A program made the translations under genes and the position numbers. A DNA stretch of 64,000 nucleotides from Haplodiscus bocki (taxonomy: Eukaryota). Below, in pieces: positions 49,429 to 60,958 of this stretch. The notes beneath the pieces are model-generated. The model ran no database searches. It was not told the origin of the DNA and was given only the letters and a program-made list of their open reading frames with translations. Position 1 is the first letter of the stretch, and each line of letters opens with the position of its first letter. Where the stretch lies: NCBI GenBank assembly GCA_965655095.1, contig OZ296649.1, positions 37,696,001-37,760,000 of the forward strand, read 5' to 3'.

Positions 49429-50952
49429 TGGTTCCATTCCTGACTAAATTTCATATTCCTTAATATTTCGAGTCCTCCGAGGTTTTATCGAAAAAGAAGC
49501 GATTATTCTATGACCTTCGGTTACATGGTTTCACAAGCTTCTTACACCTTGGGAGTCGTTTCACTTCACATTTTGGCATCCTGTACGTAGAACTTTCCGT
49601 TGAACTGAATTGCATAAATTACCGCGTTGCCGAAGCTACTTTACATATTTTGAGGTATATTCTCCTGAGTAGGCAAACATCACTGTGCAATGACCCTGAG
49701 GTCCATTCTTGACCTTGAATATAACCCGTAATATCTATAGCTACCATTTGCCAACTTATATACTCCTTGGGTCAAAGGTTTCCGATTTACATGGTTTGCG
49801 CATGACTTGTTTTTTAAGGCGGATACCCCCGGGTGGGTTACTAATACAGTTCCATACTTAGTAAAAATCCACTACATTCGTTTTTACCACCTGTTTGAGA
49901 TATCACAAGCAAAAGTCAAAGGTGACTTCTCCGCCGCGCCCGCGTGCTCTGTCCCGCGCTTTCTAAACAAACAATATGCCGCGCGCGTTGAAGTGGTGAC
50001 AATTGAATTTTTCATGTGCTTTACTTAGGTTTGGTAGGTGAATATTTTAGACAAGTTCCATGCTCCTAGGTTCGACCGGTGAAGATTTACATAACATTCA
50101 GTGTTCGTTTACATAGGGTCAGTTCCTTTACTACACTTCCCTTAGAGGTTCAAAACTATACGGTTTTTGTGATGCAAGGTCTCCCAGAAGCAATTTTTAG
50201 ATTTTGGTCCAAAAAAACTCAGTAAATTTTGCCTTCGCTTGTTCAATTGAGCGCATCTTTTCCTAGCATTAATAAATTTGACGTCGTCCAATTTGCTCAC
50301 TAATTGTGCTGTACCGTTCATTTTCTTTCCGTCACTTCTTAACAACATCAAATTTCATGAATAAGTAACGGCGATTCACGGTATGGTCAGCCCTTTTAGC
50401 TGACCTGCTTCTACCTAAGCATAACGAAACGTGCTGAACACCGTTCTGCTAACAATCTGGGCTGCGCGCATAAATCAAATGGTTTTTACAGTACTGCCAA
50501 AATAAAAAAAAATTTAGGATATGTACGGTATAAGCTGCTGAGCATAAGCTTTAGTTCGAAATATTTAACTTGGCTACAACAAAGGTTCCTGTTTCTTGCT
50601 TTTCAAAGTTTTCGGAATAAGCATATAAGGGCTCCCGAGAAAATTTATTCATTAAAAGAAGGTAGTGTTCGTGTTCCACGCCTTCAGTCCTTGTTCCCAA
50701 ACTTGTTTTCAAAGTTTGGAGTCTAAACAATGTGAACATTTTGTCAAATTTACGATGAAAAAAGTAGAAGCCACAGTGATGATTGTGGTCAGATACGTGT
50801 CAATATATATTGATGAGGAAAATTAACTAATTACTGTAAAAAATGGAGCATAGTGTTGATTTCGTTTTTTAACATGATGTGTTTATACATTCGGAAGTAG
50901 TGGATTTTTAGCCAACGTTTAGGCTATCACAAAACAATCTGACTTTAGTATT

Positions 50953-52799
50953 TGTGATGAGTGTGTGTTTGTCGGTCAAAGTTTCTTTCGTGGACCGACA
51001 AGTCACCTCCTTCTACAGTAAAACTACCACAAGTCTCATCAATCTTATTTGAATCTGTGTTCGAGTCTATTCTACTCGAGGCGGTCATCTGCAGGCTTTC
51101 GATTTTTTTCTGAAAAATCTCTCTGGTCTGAGTCTGGTATAACGCTATCAACATCCCGTCCAGAAGACGCGTTGAATGACTTCACTGTTAGTTTCACCCT
51201 AGGAATCACCAAACATTCTTTTGCAGTTAAGGTTGCCTCCTGTTTTCTAGTTTGAACTGTTGTCATTACGCTATCCACTTTGCTACGCACTTTGATAACA
51301 ATGCTCGTCTCATGAGTATGCACATCCACTTGAGAGTCATTCACTCGAGCTGGGTTTTTAGTGTGATTTGAAGTAATATTTTTTCCACGGACCTAGTTCT
51401 ATCTTCAATTTGGGCTTCATGATTGTATTGTCCAATCATGAAGTCTGTATCGGACTCACTTAAGTGACTAAGAAGCCGTTTTTTGTTTTCTCTTCTTTCG
51501 AGTGGAAATTACAGTAAAATCAACATTCGAATTAACCAAAAGTATTGAAGGAGGTTATACAAACGAATAGGAAACAGTGATGATTGGAAAGTGAAAACAA
51601 TCAGTTTAAAGGGCTTTGGAAGCAACTTTTCGATAATCTCCCGGCATTCCAAATGAAATTACCTCCTTGGGTCAGCTTTCGGTCGCGTCTGCTTTCTTGG
51701 CCAGCGGTTCGTTTTTCAATCAGAGTACGTCTTTTCGTGATGTCAACACTGCACGTTTAACTAGAGTTACAACCATAATTAAAATCAAAAAAAAGAATTT
51801 GCCGGGATTTCATGACGTCATTAACTTTTTACTATAAACTGCAACAATGTAAAAAAAAACACTGTTGAGGTTCAAATATGGTTTTCCTCAAATACATCTT
51901 CTAAAAATGGAACACATGTACTAAGCTGAGCTAGCGTCCAAACATAGTGATATATCGATCTAGGCAGTTAAAGTTGCAATGGAGTGTCTTAGTTGGTAGT
52001 TTGAGGCTCAAATATCTCGCTATGTAATTTTTTTGTAAACGACATGCGTTTGACTATAGGACTAGGTCAAACACTGGTTGCAAAGTTATTTTGATCGTCA
52101 TTTCTAAAAAAGCGCCTGAGTTTTGACATATCACTGAATAAATGCTTTGTGAGCCTCAGTAAGGTTAATTCGAAATTTTAGTGCCGGACTCAGTTAGCCT
52201 GACTTTTGGGGTCTTTCATTTCGTACAAGGTTTCGTAAAACACATATATAATGCACAGCTTCAATTATCGATCAAAAAAAGTCACATGAACATGCTGAGA
52301 CCTCTTAGTTATGTCACCAGTTGGCAGTTTTCCGATCGTCGAATGCCTACTGGCCTACTTTACGCGCATTACATTGCATGTACGGGTGGTTCAAATATAA
52401 CATTGTTCTGACTAGATAAATGGACTTTTGAGATCGTTTACTACAAGTACGCGTGGTTATGACGTTTTTACCACCTTCACGTCCGGATATAGCATCCTTA
52501 ATAGCCGTATTCCTTGTTTGGTCATAAGCCGGTCGAAAGACAAATTGTCGACTCGCTTTACTCCACTGGTTTATTTTTGTTCGGTCAAATGGCAGTCAAC
52601 GAATCCTATTTTGACCAGACATCAAATGAAAGCGTCTAGCACTTCCCATAGTGGATGAAATGGCTTAATATGTTGAAGTAAGCCAATAAGATTAAAGCAG
52701 CACCAATATTTAATTGTTTTCGTTTCAACACAGTGTTTTGAGCACATTCACCTTCAAATTGTTAATTACGTTTGGTGTATGGATTTGCTATACTTTACA
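50953..52799 (-). mobile_element. Dispersed repeat B, copy 1 (~1.85 kb, TG...CA ends, long-LTR-like), intronic
   Basis: Reverse complement is collinear with 56048-57796 (tgtaaag start, ggtcgaaagac, catgacgtca, gaaaagacgt, actcgaaagaa, ctcatcaca end). Confidence 0.78.
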
Positions 52800-54096
52800 T
52801 GTGTTTTTTATTTTTACATATACATAAATCTAGACTTTTACTAGCGTAAAAATCTACTAGGTTGAGCTACATGTAAGAGTTCTAGTTGCTGTTTGCATCC
52901 TGGAATAGGGGTTATTATCCCCTGTTCGGCCCGCTGCAAGGGTTACAATACGTAATATGATACGTTTGTCCGCCGCATACGGCAGCTTGCTACAATAATC
53001 TTTTGTTTTTTTTTAAGATGACAGAGGTCATTCTGTATACGAGGTTTTTTGTAACCAACACTTTTACTAATCGGCATTACCCAATACACCTACAGAATCG
53101 CTACAGTTCCGTAGAACGTTCCAAATACCTTTGAAAATCGTATACAGAAACTGAACATTTTTCGCAGCAGAAAATATGAAAACTTTTGTGAGACCCTCTA
53201 TGCAATATTGAATTTTTTTCAAGACACCAATATCAAAAACTTTTTTGATACCCCTTTATGTCTAATACAACATTTTTTGAGAGAAAAATGAAACGAAATC
53301 TTTTAATACTCCCCTTTATTGGTTTTTTAAAGACCGACCTTCTTTGCAAAATTTCTTTGGCGATAACGATTGAATATAACAAGGTTTTCAAAAAACACTA
53401 AACTCCCCCACCCTTGAGTATTTTGATCATCCCGGTGACACTGACTCGGTTGTTTGCGGTTTGTTGGATAAGTGAAATCAGCTATGAATAACCGAAGATT
53501 TTTGACTGGAAAAAATTTCAAAATGTCAAGTTACTTTAGTAGCGCAGTAGCTATTCTAATGAAAGGTATGATTACTAAATTGGACGTGGTTTTTGTTTTC
53601 ATGGCCAGTTTCTTGTAAAAATTTCAAAAATACATATAAAAACCTTAGAAAGTTCCCATGTTTAACAAATGTTTAAAAACGCCAAAGTTTAGCTTAGGCA
53701 AAAATATCTACAAACTGTTGAATTGCTTCTTGTAGCACAGTTAATAAAGACCCCGACAAGGTAGATTTAACTCCATCTGACCATAAAAAATTAACCAAAA
53801 AAACCAAAAAGTTCTCGGCCAGAGATGAGAGACATAAGTCGGAGTGGAACGTTAAGAAAAACATCTATATTTCTTCAAAAAACTGCTAAATTTCTACAAC
53901 TCATTCCTCGAAAAAAAACGGCTCCTTCAATGACCACAGGATCTTTGAAAAAAGTAACAGCTTGTTGTACCAGCAGCAGCAAAATTGCTTTGAGCAGAGA
54001 AAAGACATTGATTTTGTTTCGGGTGCCAGTGCATGTTTTCGGGGTATCTTCTTAAAAATATTTTGCTTCTCAGAACCATTTCGCATTCACGTTAAC

Positions 54097-54353
54097 CTGA
54101 ATGTTACTGAAATCAGTAAGAATGGTCCGGAAGTCGTCTTTGATTGCGGCTAAGAAGGAGTCATACTCTTGTGAAGACATGCCGACAGAGAGGACGGCTT
54201 TTTCTTGAACTGTGCACAGAATCTCCCACAAACACCAAGCGCGGGTGAAGGGAATGGGATTGTTCCAAGGGGATAAAACCAACAGCGTGTGACCAATTTT
54301 GCCGATTGTGCTCTTGAAGATGTTACTCCACCACGACTGATCTTTGGAAGTAG
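54097..54353 (-). CDS. TIR/HET-like-TPR protein, coding exon 2 (LLVLSPW...TRAWCLWEI)
   Basis: ccaatttgcag|CT...CAG|gttaac; 257 nt, phase 1 to 0. Reads ATSKDQSWWSNIFKSTIGKIGHTLLVLSPWNNPIPFTRAWCLWEILCT. Confidence 0.9.
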
Positions 54354-54609
54354 CTGCAAATTGGAAAAAGTGCTACAAATTCTTTCACTTGAGCCTGAAT
54401 TATTTCGAATCACAAATTTTCGGGGTGAAATACTCTCTCAAGAATTGCCTCTGCTTATTGCTTTATCACAATTGGTTTCAAAATCAAGTTTGCATGTTTT
54501 TTACAGTTCATTATGATTCCTTTACTCCACAATTATTATGTTTACATTTAAAAAATGATATTTTCCTGATGAATCTTTAGAAATTGAGAAGTGGTTTTGA
54601 AAGGGTAAC

Positions 54610-54964
54610 CTGTGTTTTGATTGTTAATGAATAGATCTATCCAGAAGTAAAACTTTTTTGCTGGGTTTGTCTTCTGCTCCGTCTCAGCATGCTCCAGACA
54701 CGTCGTGATCAAATCCGATAGTTTATAGCGCCAAGCATGACTCACAAAAACATTGGCAGTTCCCACCAACCAGTTGCCCTTTGAATCTTTCTTGTTTTCA
54801 AACAAGGAATAATAAGCGCTTTTATCTTTCTTCGTTGCGGGCAAAACTATTGTTGTAAGTGCTTGTGTTGTGCTGATGCTTTTGTCTTTCACCGTTTGGG
54901 ACATGAACTGTTTCAGAAACTCGCAACTCACCCCTTTAGGGGCTGTTGACTTTTTAGGAGGCAT
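54610..54964 (-). CDS. TIR/HET-like-TPR protein, coding exon 1 (FVSHAW, FYFWIDLFINNQ)
   Basis: ATG at 54964; donor ACAG|gttacc; 355 nt, phase 1; joins exon 2 in frame. Confidence 0.9.
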
Positions 54965-56047
54965 AAGGTGAGAGTTTTGTGTAATCTGATGAAAACGTAA
55001 CCCAATCAGTACAGTATGAGTTACCTTCAGTAGGTAATAAAAATTAGAAGACTTATTTATTATAATTTTTACCAGTAGAAAATACTCGAAAATTTTGGAT
55101 AGAACAAGATTTCAATGTTTCATGTAGTAAAACAATATATGTACATGTTCACTCAAAGATGCAAAGGTATGTTTGTTTGGATTGAAAGGCTTTCAAAACT
55201 CGATTTGTAAAAAACAAAAAAATAATCACTGTTAGCTGAGACAAAAGAAAATAATTGCTGGATAATATGAGTTGGAGTCTTTTAGTAAATTAGAAATGAA
55301 TTCAGCGGACTGGTAATATAAACCAAAACCAGAAAAAAGGCGTTGTTAGATTGACATATCAAAAATTCACATGCGTTGTGTGGTGTAATGCCAATGTATG
55401 TTGAATGCAGCACTGATTTATACAATTTTTGAGATATGCAGAGAAACGTGTACAACTGCGCACCGAATGCTTAAAATAAACCAAAATGTTGAGCTGACTG
55501 GATGATTGAAAATTATTCCAGAGGCACCTGCTCTAGAGACAGCAAACACTTCTATAGAGATGATCAGAAACAATGAAAGAAAGAAGCTCGCTTTTGGTTC
55601 AAAAAGTAGTTTCCAGAAGAATGGAAAATGAAAACATTTGAAGTGCAGAATCGAAACAGAAACGTAGTATTTTTCAAAATTCCGATTAGATTAAGAGATG
55701 ATTCATTTTCCACTTGCACAAAAACTCGCCGAAAATGGTTTTAAGTTGTTACATGTTTTCCCGGAAGTGACTCTCAAAGAATTAAAAAGATCCGTCAGAT
55801 CTTGTTTCGCTTCAACCTCGTGTGTATCGGTTATAGTCAACACGTCAGTATTTTTTTTACACTTCTTACCCAGTGTCAAAAGCTGCCGCCTGCGAAGGAC
55901 AAGTATACGACATTATGTGTTGAAGTGTCCACAAAGGAAACCATGGAAAATATTTGCCCCTTTTTCAAGACGGAAGCAACAACTAAAAACTTTTGAATAG
56001 TGTTACATATTACCTTTCATGTAAATATTACTTTATAATAATGTACA

Positions 56048-57796
56048 TGTAAAGCAAATCCATACAATAGACGGAAACATCAAACTGAAGGCGATCATAA
56101 ATCTAAATACTATACCGGGACGTAAACAATTGATTTTGGCGCTACTCTATCCTCATTGGCTAATAGCCTAATATTATAGTTATTCAATTATGGAGGTGCT
56201 TGATGCTCAAATTTATTCTGCGGTCAAAACAGAGAGCATTGACTGCTTTTTGACCGGCGTGAAATGAAGCGACCCAGACGAAGTATCTCAGCAGACGGTC
56301 TTTCGACCGACCTACGACCTAGCAAAGAAATACCGTCCTACGCAGTAAAATAACCATTTGGAGGATTTTTATTGCGCTGTATTTAACCTTTTTGATCTAA
56401 TCAAAAGTCTTTTGGTGAGCAATAAAATATTTCACTAAAACTACCCCTACATGAAGTTATACAAGCCCAATTATCACATACAATCATGTTGTAACCAACA
56501 ACCATAAATTTGTGTTGTGCATGTATTTCATGAAACATTTCGTTCAACAAGATAAAACATACGAAGGATGCTTCAATACGTAAAAAGAGCCCTATTGAAT
56601 CTCCGCAGATTGCATAATGACTGACATTTTGTCATTCTGGAACTATTTTATAAATGTCGTTCAAAATATTCTCTATGGCCACTCTTTGACCTGACTTTAC
56701 GAACATACACCAGTAACCCACCATAATTTAGACGTAAACCAGAAAAAAGTCCCAAAACACCACTAAAGGTGTTCCAACACAGTTTCTAGCCATACAATCA
56801 CTTATTATGACCGCGTTGATGTTTTAAATTTCAAGTACATGCATTTCCCATGAAAAGTATTATGTTGTAGAAAAACTATGTTTACGACATATTGATAATT
56901 TTTGCTGTGTTTCCATTTATAGCATGTTTCCACTGACGTCATGTGAACGCGGTAGTTTTTTCCTTGATGCAATTTATATCTTCAGTTATGGTTAAAGCTA
57001 TAGTTGTGACGTCATGAAAAGACGTGTTTTGATTGGGAGCCGAACAAGAGGTCAACAAAGAAGTCACGACTGACGACTGACCCGAGAAAAGGACACAACA
57101 AAATAAAGAGAACGAGAACAAGTTGCTTCCGAAAACATTTTATATTGATTTGTTTCCAATTCCCTGATTAATTTTCATTCTCTGTTCCTTCACGTTGATT
57201 CGGTCATAACTATTGGTTATTTAAACTGTTGATTTTCAAATGGTTTCTACTCGAAAGAAAAGACAGCAAAATAGGAGGCTTCTTAGGCAGTTAAGTGAAT
57301 CTGACGCTGATTTTGTGATTGGACAATGCAATCATGGTTTTCAAACTGAAAGTGAAGTTAATGCAGCAGACAAATGTTTTTTTAGGCAACACAAATAACC
57401 CAAATCAAGTTAATTATCCACAAGCGGACATGCTTACACTAAAAAAACATTGATAGTAAAGTACGAATTGAAGTGGATTGTGTGATGACGAGGGTCGAAA
57501 CTAGAGTCCAAGACGCAGTATTGACTGCGATAGAGGGTTTGGTGATGCCGAAAGTAGCATTGGCTATGAAATCAGCCAATGCGTCTTCAGGATGAAGCCT
57601 AGACGGTAATGTGTTGGAACGTGACCAAAGAGATTTTTCAGGAAATATCGAAGGCCTACAAATGACCGTTTCAAATAGAAAAACTCGCACACAGATTTAA
57701 ACAAGATCGATGAGACTCGTGGCAATAGCACCGTAGACGTAGGTGATTCGTTGGTCAACGAAAGATATATTGACCGAAAAACACACGCTCATCACA
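56048..57796 (+). mobile_element. Dispersed repeat B, copy 2 (~1.75 kb), containing a decayed ORF MVSTRKKRQQNRRLL...
   Basis: Inverted, diverged homolog of 50953-52799; starts TGTAAAG and ends CATCACA; no TSD seen. Confidence 0.78.
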
Positions 57797-58088
57797 CCCA
57801 GCCATAAGAAGATGCGAATCGGAACCTTTTCGATCGTTTGGATTTTCCGTACAAATGTTTCATTTCCATTTTTGCGCGAAATGAGGTCTCAAAAAAGTGC
57901 GTTGAAAAACGAAAGCTAAGTTTTAAATAATACCTAATTTCCTATTTTCAGAGTGGGAAAAATATTCTGTTCCGCATAAATTTGGACCAAATGTTCAAAC
58001 GCAATCTCGATGTGAAGCAATTTGAGGGGAAAATTTTGAATTCAATAAATATAATAAGGAAGCACTTCTGAAATGGAAGCAGCAAATG

Positions 58089-59106
58089 GATTCGCGCGCT
58101 AATCTACATCAGACTGGAACTTTTGTGAGTACACATCGGCGCAGTCAATATCAAAGGTCTTTTCCTCATTTCATTGAAAGCACCGAGAAAAATGGAACCA
58201 CTTCCAGAAATATTGAGACTTGGAGCAACAAGGCGAGCAACAAACCATCATGCACATGACAAACAGTGGTCTGTAGACAACGACTCGGACAGCTCAAAGG
58301 GGCCTGAAGGAGTTACAACACTTATGCAAAGATAGACATACCGTAAAACTTATATGCTCTCAGTTGGAACAAATAGGCTGATATATTTGAAACCCACGGT
58401 CATGAAAGGATTTTAAAATCGTGCAAAGAAGGCCCTCGGGCCAACTAAAATTTGCTAACTAAAATGCTTAGATATTTACCACCAGATTAGCGGCAAAGAA
58501 ATAGTACTTCGGCAGGTAACCAAGTAGACGACGAAGTGCAACAACACAGAAAGTCTACTGAACGAGGATTCTTGTGTAGTCGGTACCCGAATTTTGGCAT
58601 TCGATATGACAATATTATGTTGTGTGTATGTTTGCTCAGTGTGGTCATCGGTAGCGAAGGCTTTTATAACAAAATTTTCCAATTAGGAATTGTAAATGGC
58701 AGCCTCGACAAGATCGCAGAAATATTGAACCCATTGAAGGAATGTTTACGCAAACTGCAAACTCTGAAGGTAGTCAAAATGCTTCTTTTTCGTCAGTAAA
58801 ACTGCTAAAGGCGTCGAAATTTTCCAGTTCGTTGGTCTTTTTTTGGTAACAAAATGCTTTTTTGGATCGCAAATTTTTTCCCAGGCAAATGGGCCTTGAT
58901 TTTGTTTTTTGATTGCCTACAGACCGCTGTTTGGAATGTTTATGACGGCTTATTGCACGCCCTGTTACCCTGATTCTCATTGCTTCTGAAAACGGTTTCA
59001 ACTTTTTTGGCGCATCTTCATGGTTGAGGAAAAGACCTTCGATATTGACTGCGCCGATCTGCATACACAATTCTTGCAGTCTGGTGTACATTTGTGCGCC
59101 AAATCA
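58089..59106. repeat. Diverged ~190-bp inverted repeat pair (58089-58281 and 58912-59106)
   Basis: atcggcgcagtcaatatc.aaggtcttttcctca and aaacag.ggtctgtag occur on opposite strands. Confidence 0.75.
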
Positions 59107-59224
59107 CGGGCTGCTCACTTTGCAGTGGTGCTTGAGAAAGGATAATTCATTCGTTCAAGCGAGCGATTTCGATAAATGTTGGATCTGAAAATCTGACCCG
59201 CGATGTGATTAGCACAATTGCCGT

Positions 59225-59650
59225 GAAATTTGAGTGCTAGGTGAATTTCTGCCCACTGACGCATGTTCTCCACGACAGCAAGCATGCCGACCCCCTGACC
59301 CCTTACCATCTTTTTTCCGATCATGCGTTTTTTGATATCCTTTCCGTTGAACAGGAGGAGAAAGGGACTATCAACTTCCTGACTGAAGAAATGCACAAGA
59401 GTTGTCACCTCTCAACTAGTCGGCTCTAAAGGTACGTCCCAACTCTAAGTTCTAGATTCAAAAGGGAGAAACAATGAGGCACCCTTGGAATTGAGAGATC
59501 TGGCGTTGCCATTGAAGCAAAATACTACCAAAGGAATCTGGCCATTCGAGAGACGCAATCAAACTCAAACCGGGCCTGACGACATCGCTCAGTCGTGTAA
59601 AATCAGAACTACTTTAGTCGCATTAACAATATCAGCGTCAAGCCAGCCCT
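59225..59650 (+). mobile_element. BEL/Pao retrotransposon 3' fragment (integrase end plus DUF5641-like tail)
   Basis: VNFCPLTHV...DPLTPYHLF (cf. LNSRPLT...PLTP.HFL), YVPTLSSR, and LRDLAL...KGIWPF.R....TGPDDIA...IRT; frameshifted. Confidence 0.75.
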
Positions 59651-59653
59651 GTT

Positions 59654-60958
59654 AGTAGTAGTGTAGTGAGCAGACCAGACGGGGGGTGGAAGACCCCATG
59701 TATTAAGATAGGCTATAGGGAGCCGAGAGGAGCCGAGAGCCGAGAGGGGTCTTCTACCCTAGCCAAGAGCTCTCGGGTGACGTAATACTCGATTCTGATT
59801 GGCTGACGACTCGGGTGACGTAATACTCGAATTTGATTGGCTGCCGACGGTAATGTATTAAGATAGGGGATAGTTCGGCTCAATGTATCAAGATAGGGTA
59901 TAGTTCGGCTCAATGTATTAAGATTGGGTATAGTTCGGCTAAATGTATTAAGAAAGGGTATAGTTCGGCTCAATGTATTAAAATAGGGTATAGTTCGGCA
60001 ATGTATTAAGTTAGTGTATAGTTCGGCTGCATGTATAAAGATAGGGAGTGGGCTGAATGACACATTTTCGGCACTGTGAGAGTTTTTCGAAATTTTTTCT
60101 TCGACCCCCGCCGCGCGGACTAATTAGTCTGCATAACTGTAAGATGCCACAACGAATTTGTGAAAGTTGACAGTTAAACTGTGTTTTCAGGCTTTCTTTG
60201 GGTGTGTGTACACAAATCAGGGAGTTTGAGTACAAGCAAGCATATCCAATCATTGAGTAAGAGGTCTTAGTTTGAAAATCAAAAAACATGAAGCCATATC
60301 AACCGATTTTTTTGGTAGCAATATGCTTAAAACTAAATGATGAACTCATGTGTTTTACGGCTTCTCTTAATTTGAATGCCAAATAATGCCGAGACTATAT
60401 GCAAGAAGGTGGGCGAAAAGTTGAAGTGACCGGCTCTACACGCTTTCATAATACACTTTGGAACAAAATCAGCTCGGATCGCATCTCCTAAAACATTGAC
60501 GGACTCATACACTCGCTTTTTGCCGAAAACCCAACCCTATCTCAATTTTATGACTCGGATACCCAAACCCAAACCATATATTTTTACGTTACCGAAGTTT
60601 ACCCTATTAATACATTCGTGGGTAGTCTACGCTGTCTTATTCCTTTGCTGAAGTACACCCTGTTTTATCACATTGTTGAGCTGAACACCAACAAAATCAC
60701 ATTGCTGACCTATACCCAATCCTAACACATTGTTGAGGTATACCCTATCTTATTACAATGCTGAGCAATTCCCAATTTGAATACATTGCTGAGCTATACC
60801 CAATTCCAACACATTGTTGAGCTAAAGCCAACATTAACACATTGCTGAGCTATAACCTCTTTTAGTACATTGTCGAACTATGATCGATTTTGCTATAATG
60901 CTGTCAGTTTTCGCGAAATGTTGTCGACAGCCAATCAGAATCGAGTACTACGTCACCC
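59654..60958. mobile_element. Inverted-repeat element with 30-bp subterminal tandem arrays and an AGTAGTAGT left end
   Basis: About 6.5 copies of aatgtattaagatagggtatagttcggctc (59852-60046) and a 38-bp duplication (59772-59849). A diverged reverse-complement array lies at ~60600-60885, and cagccaatcagaatcgagtactacgtcaccc at 60928-60958. Confidence 0.7.
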
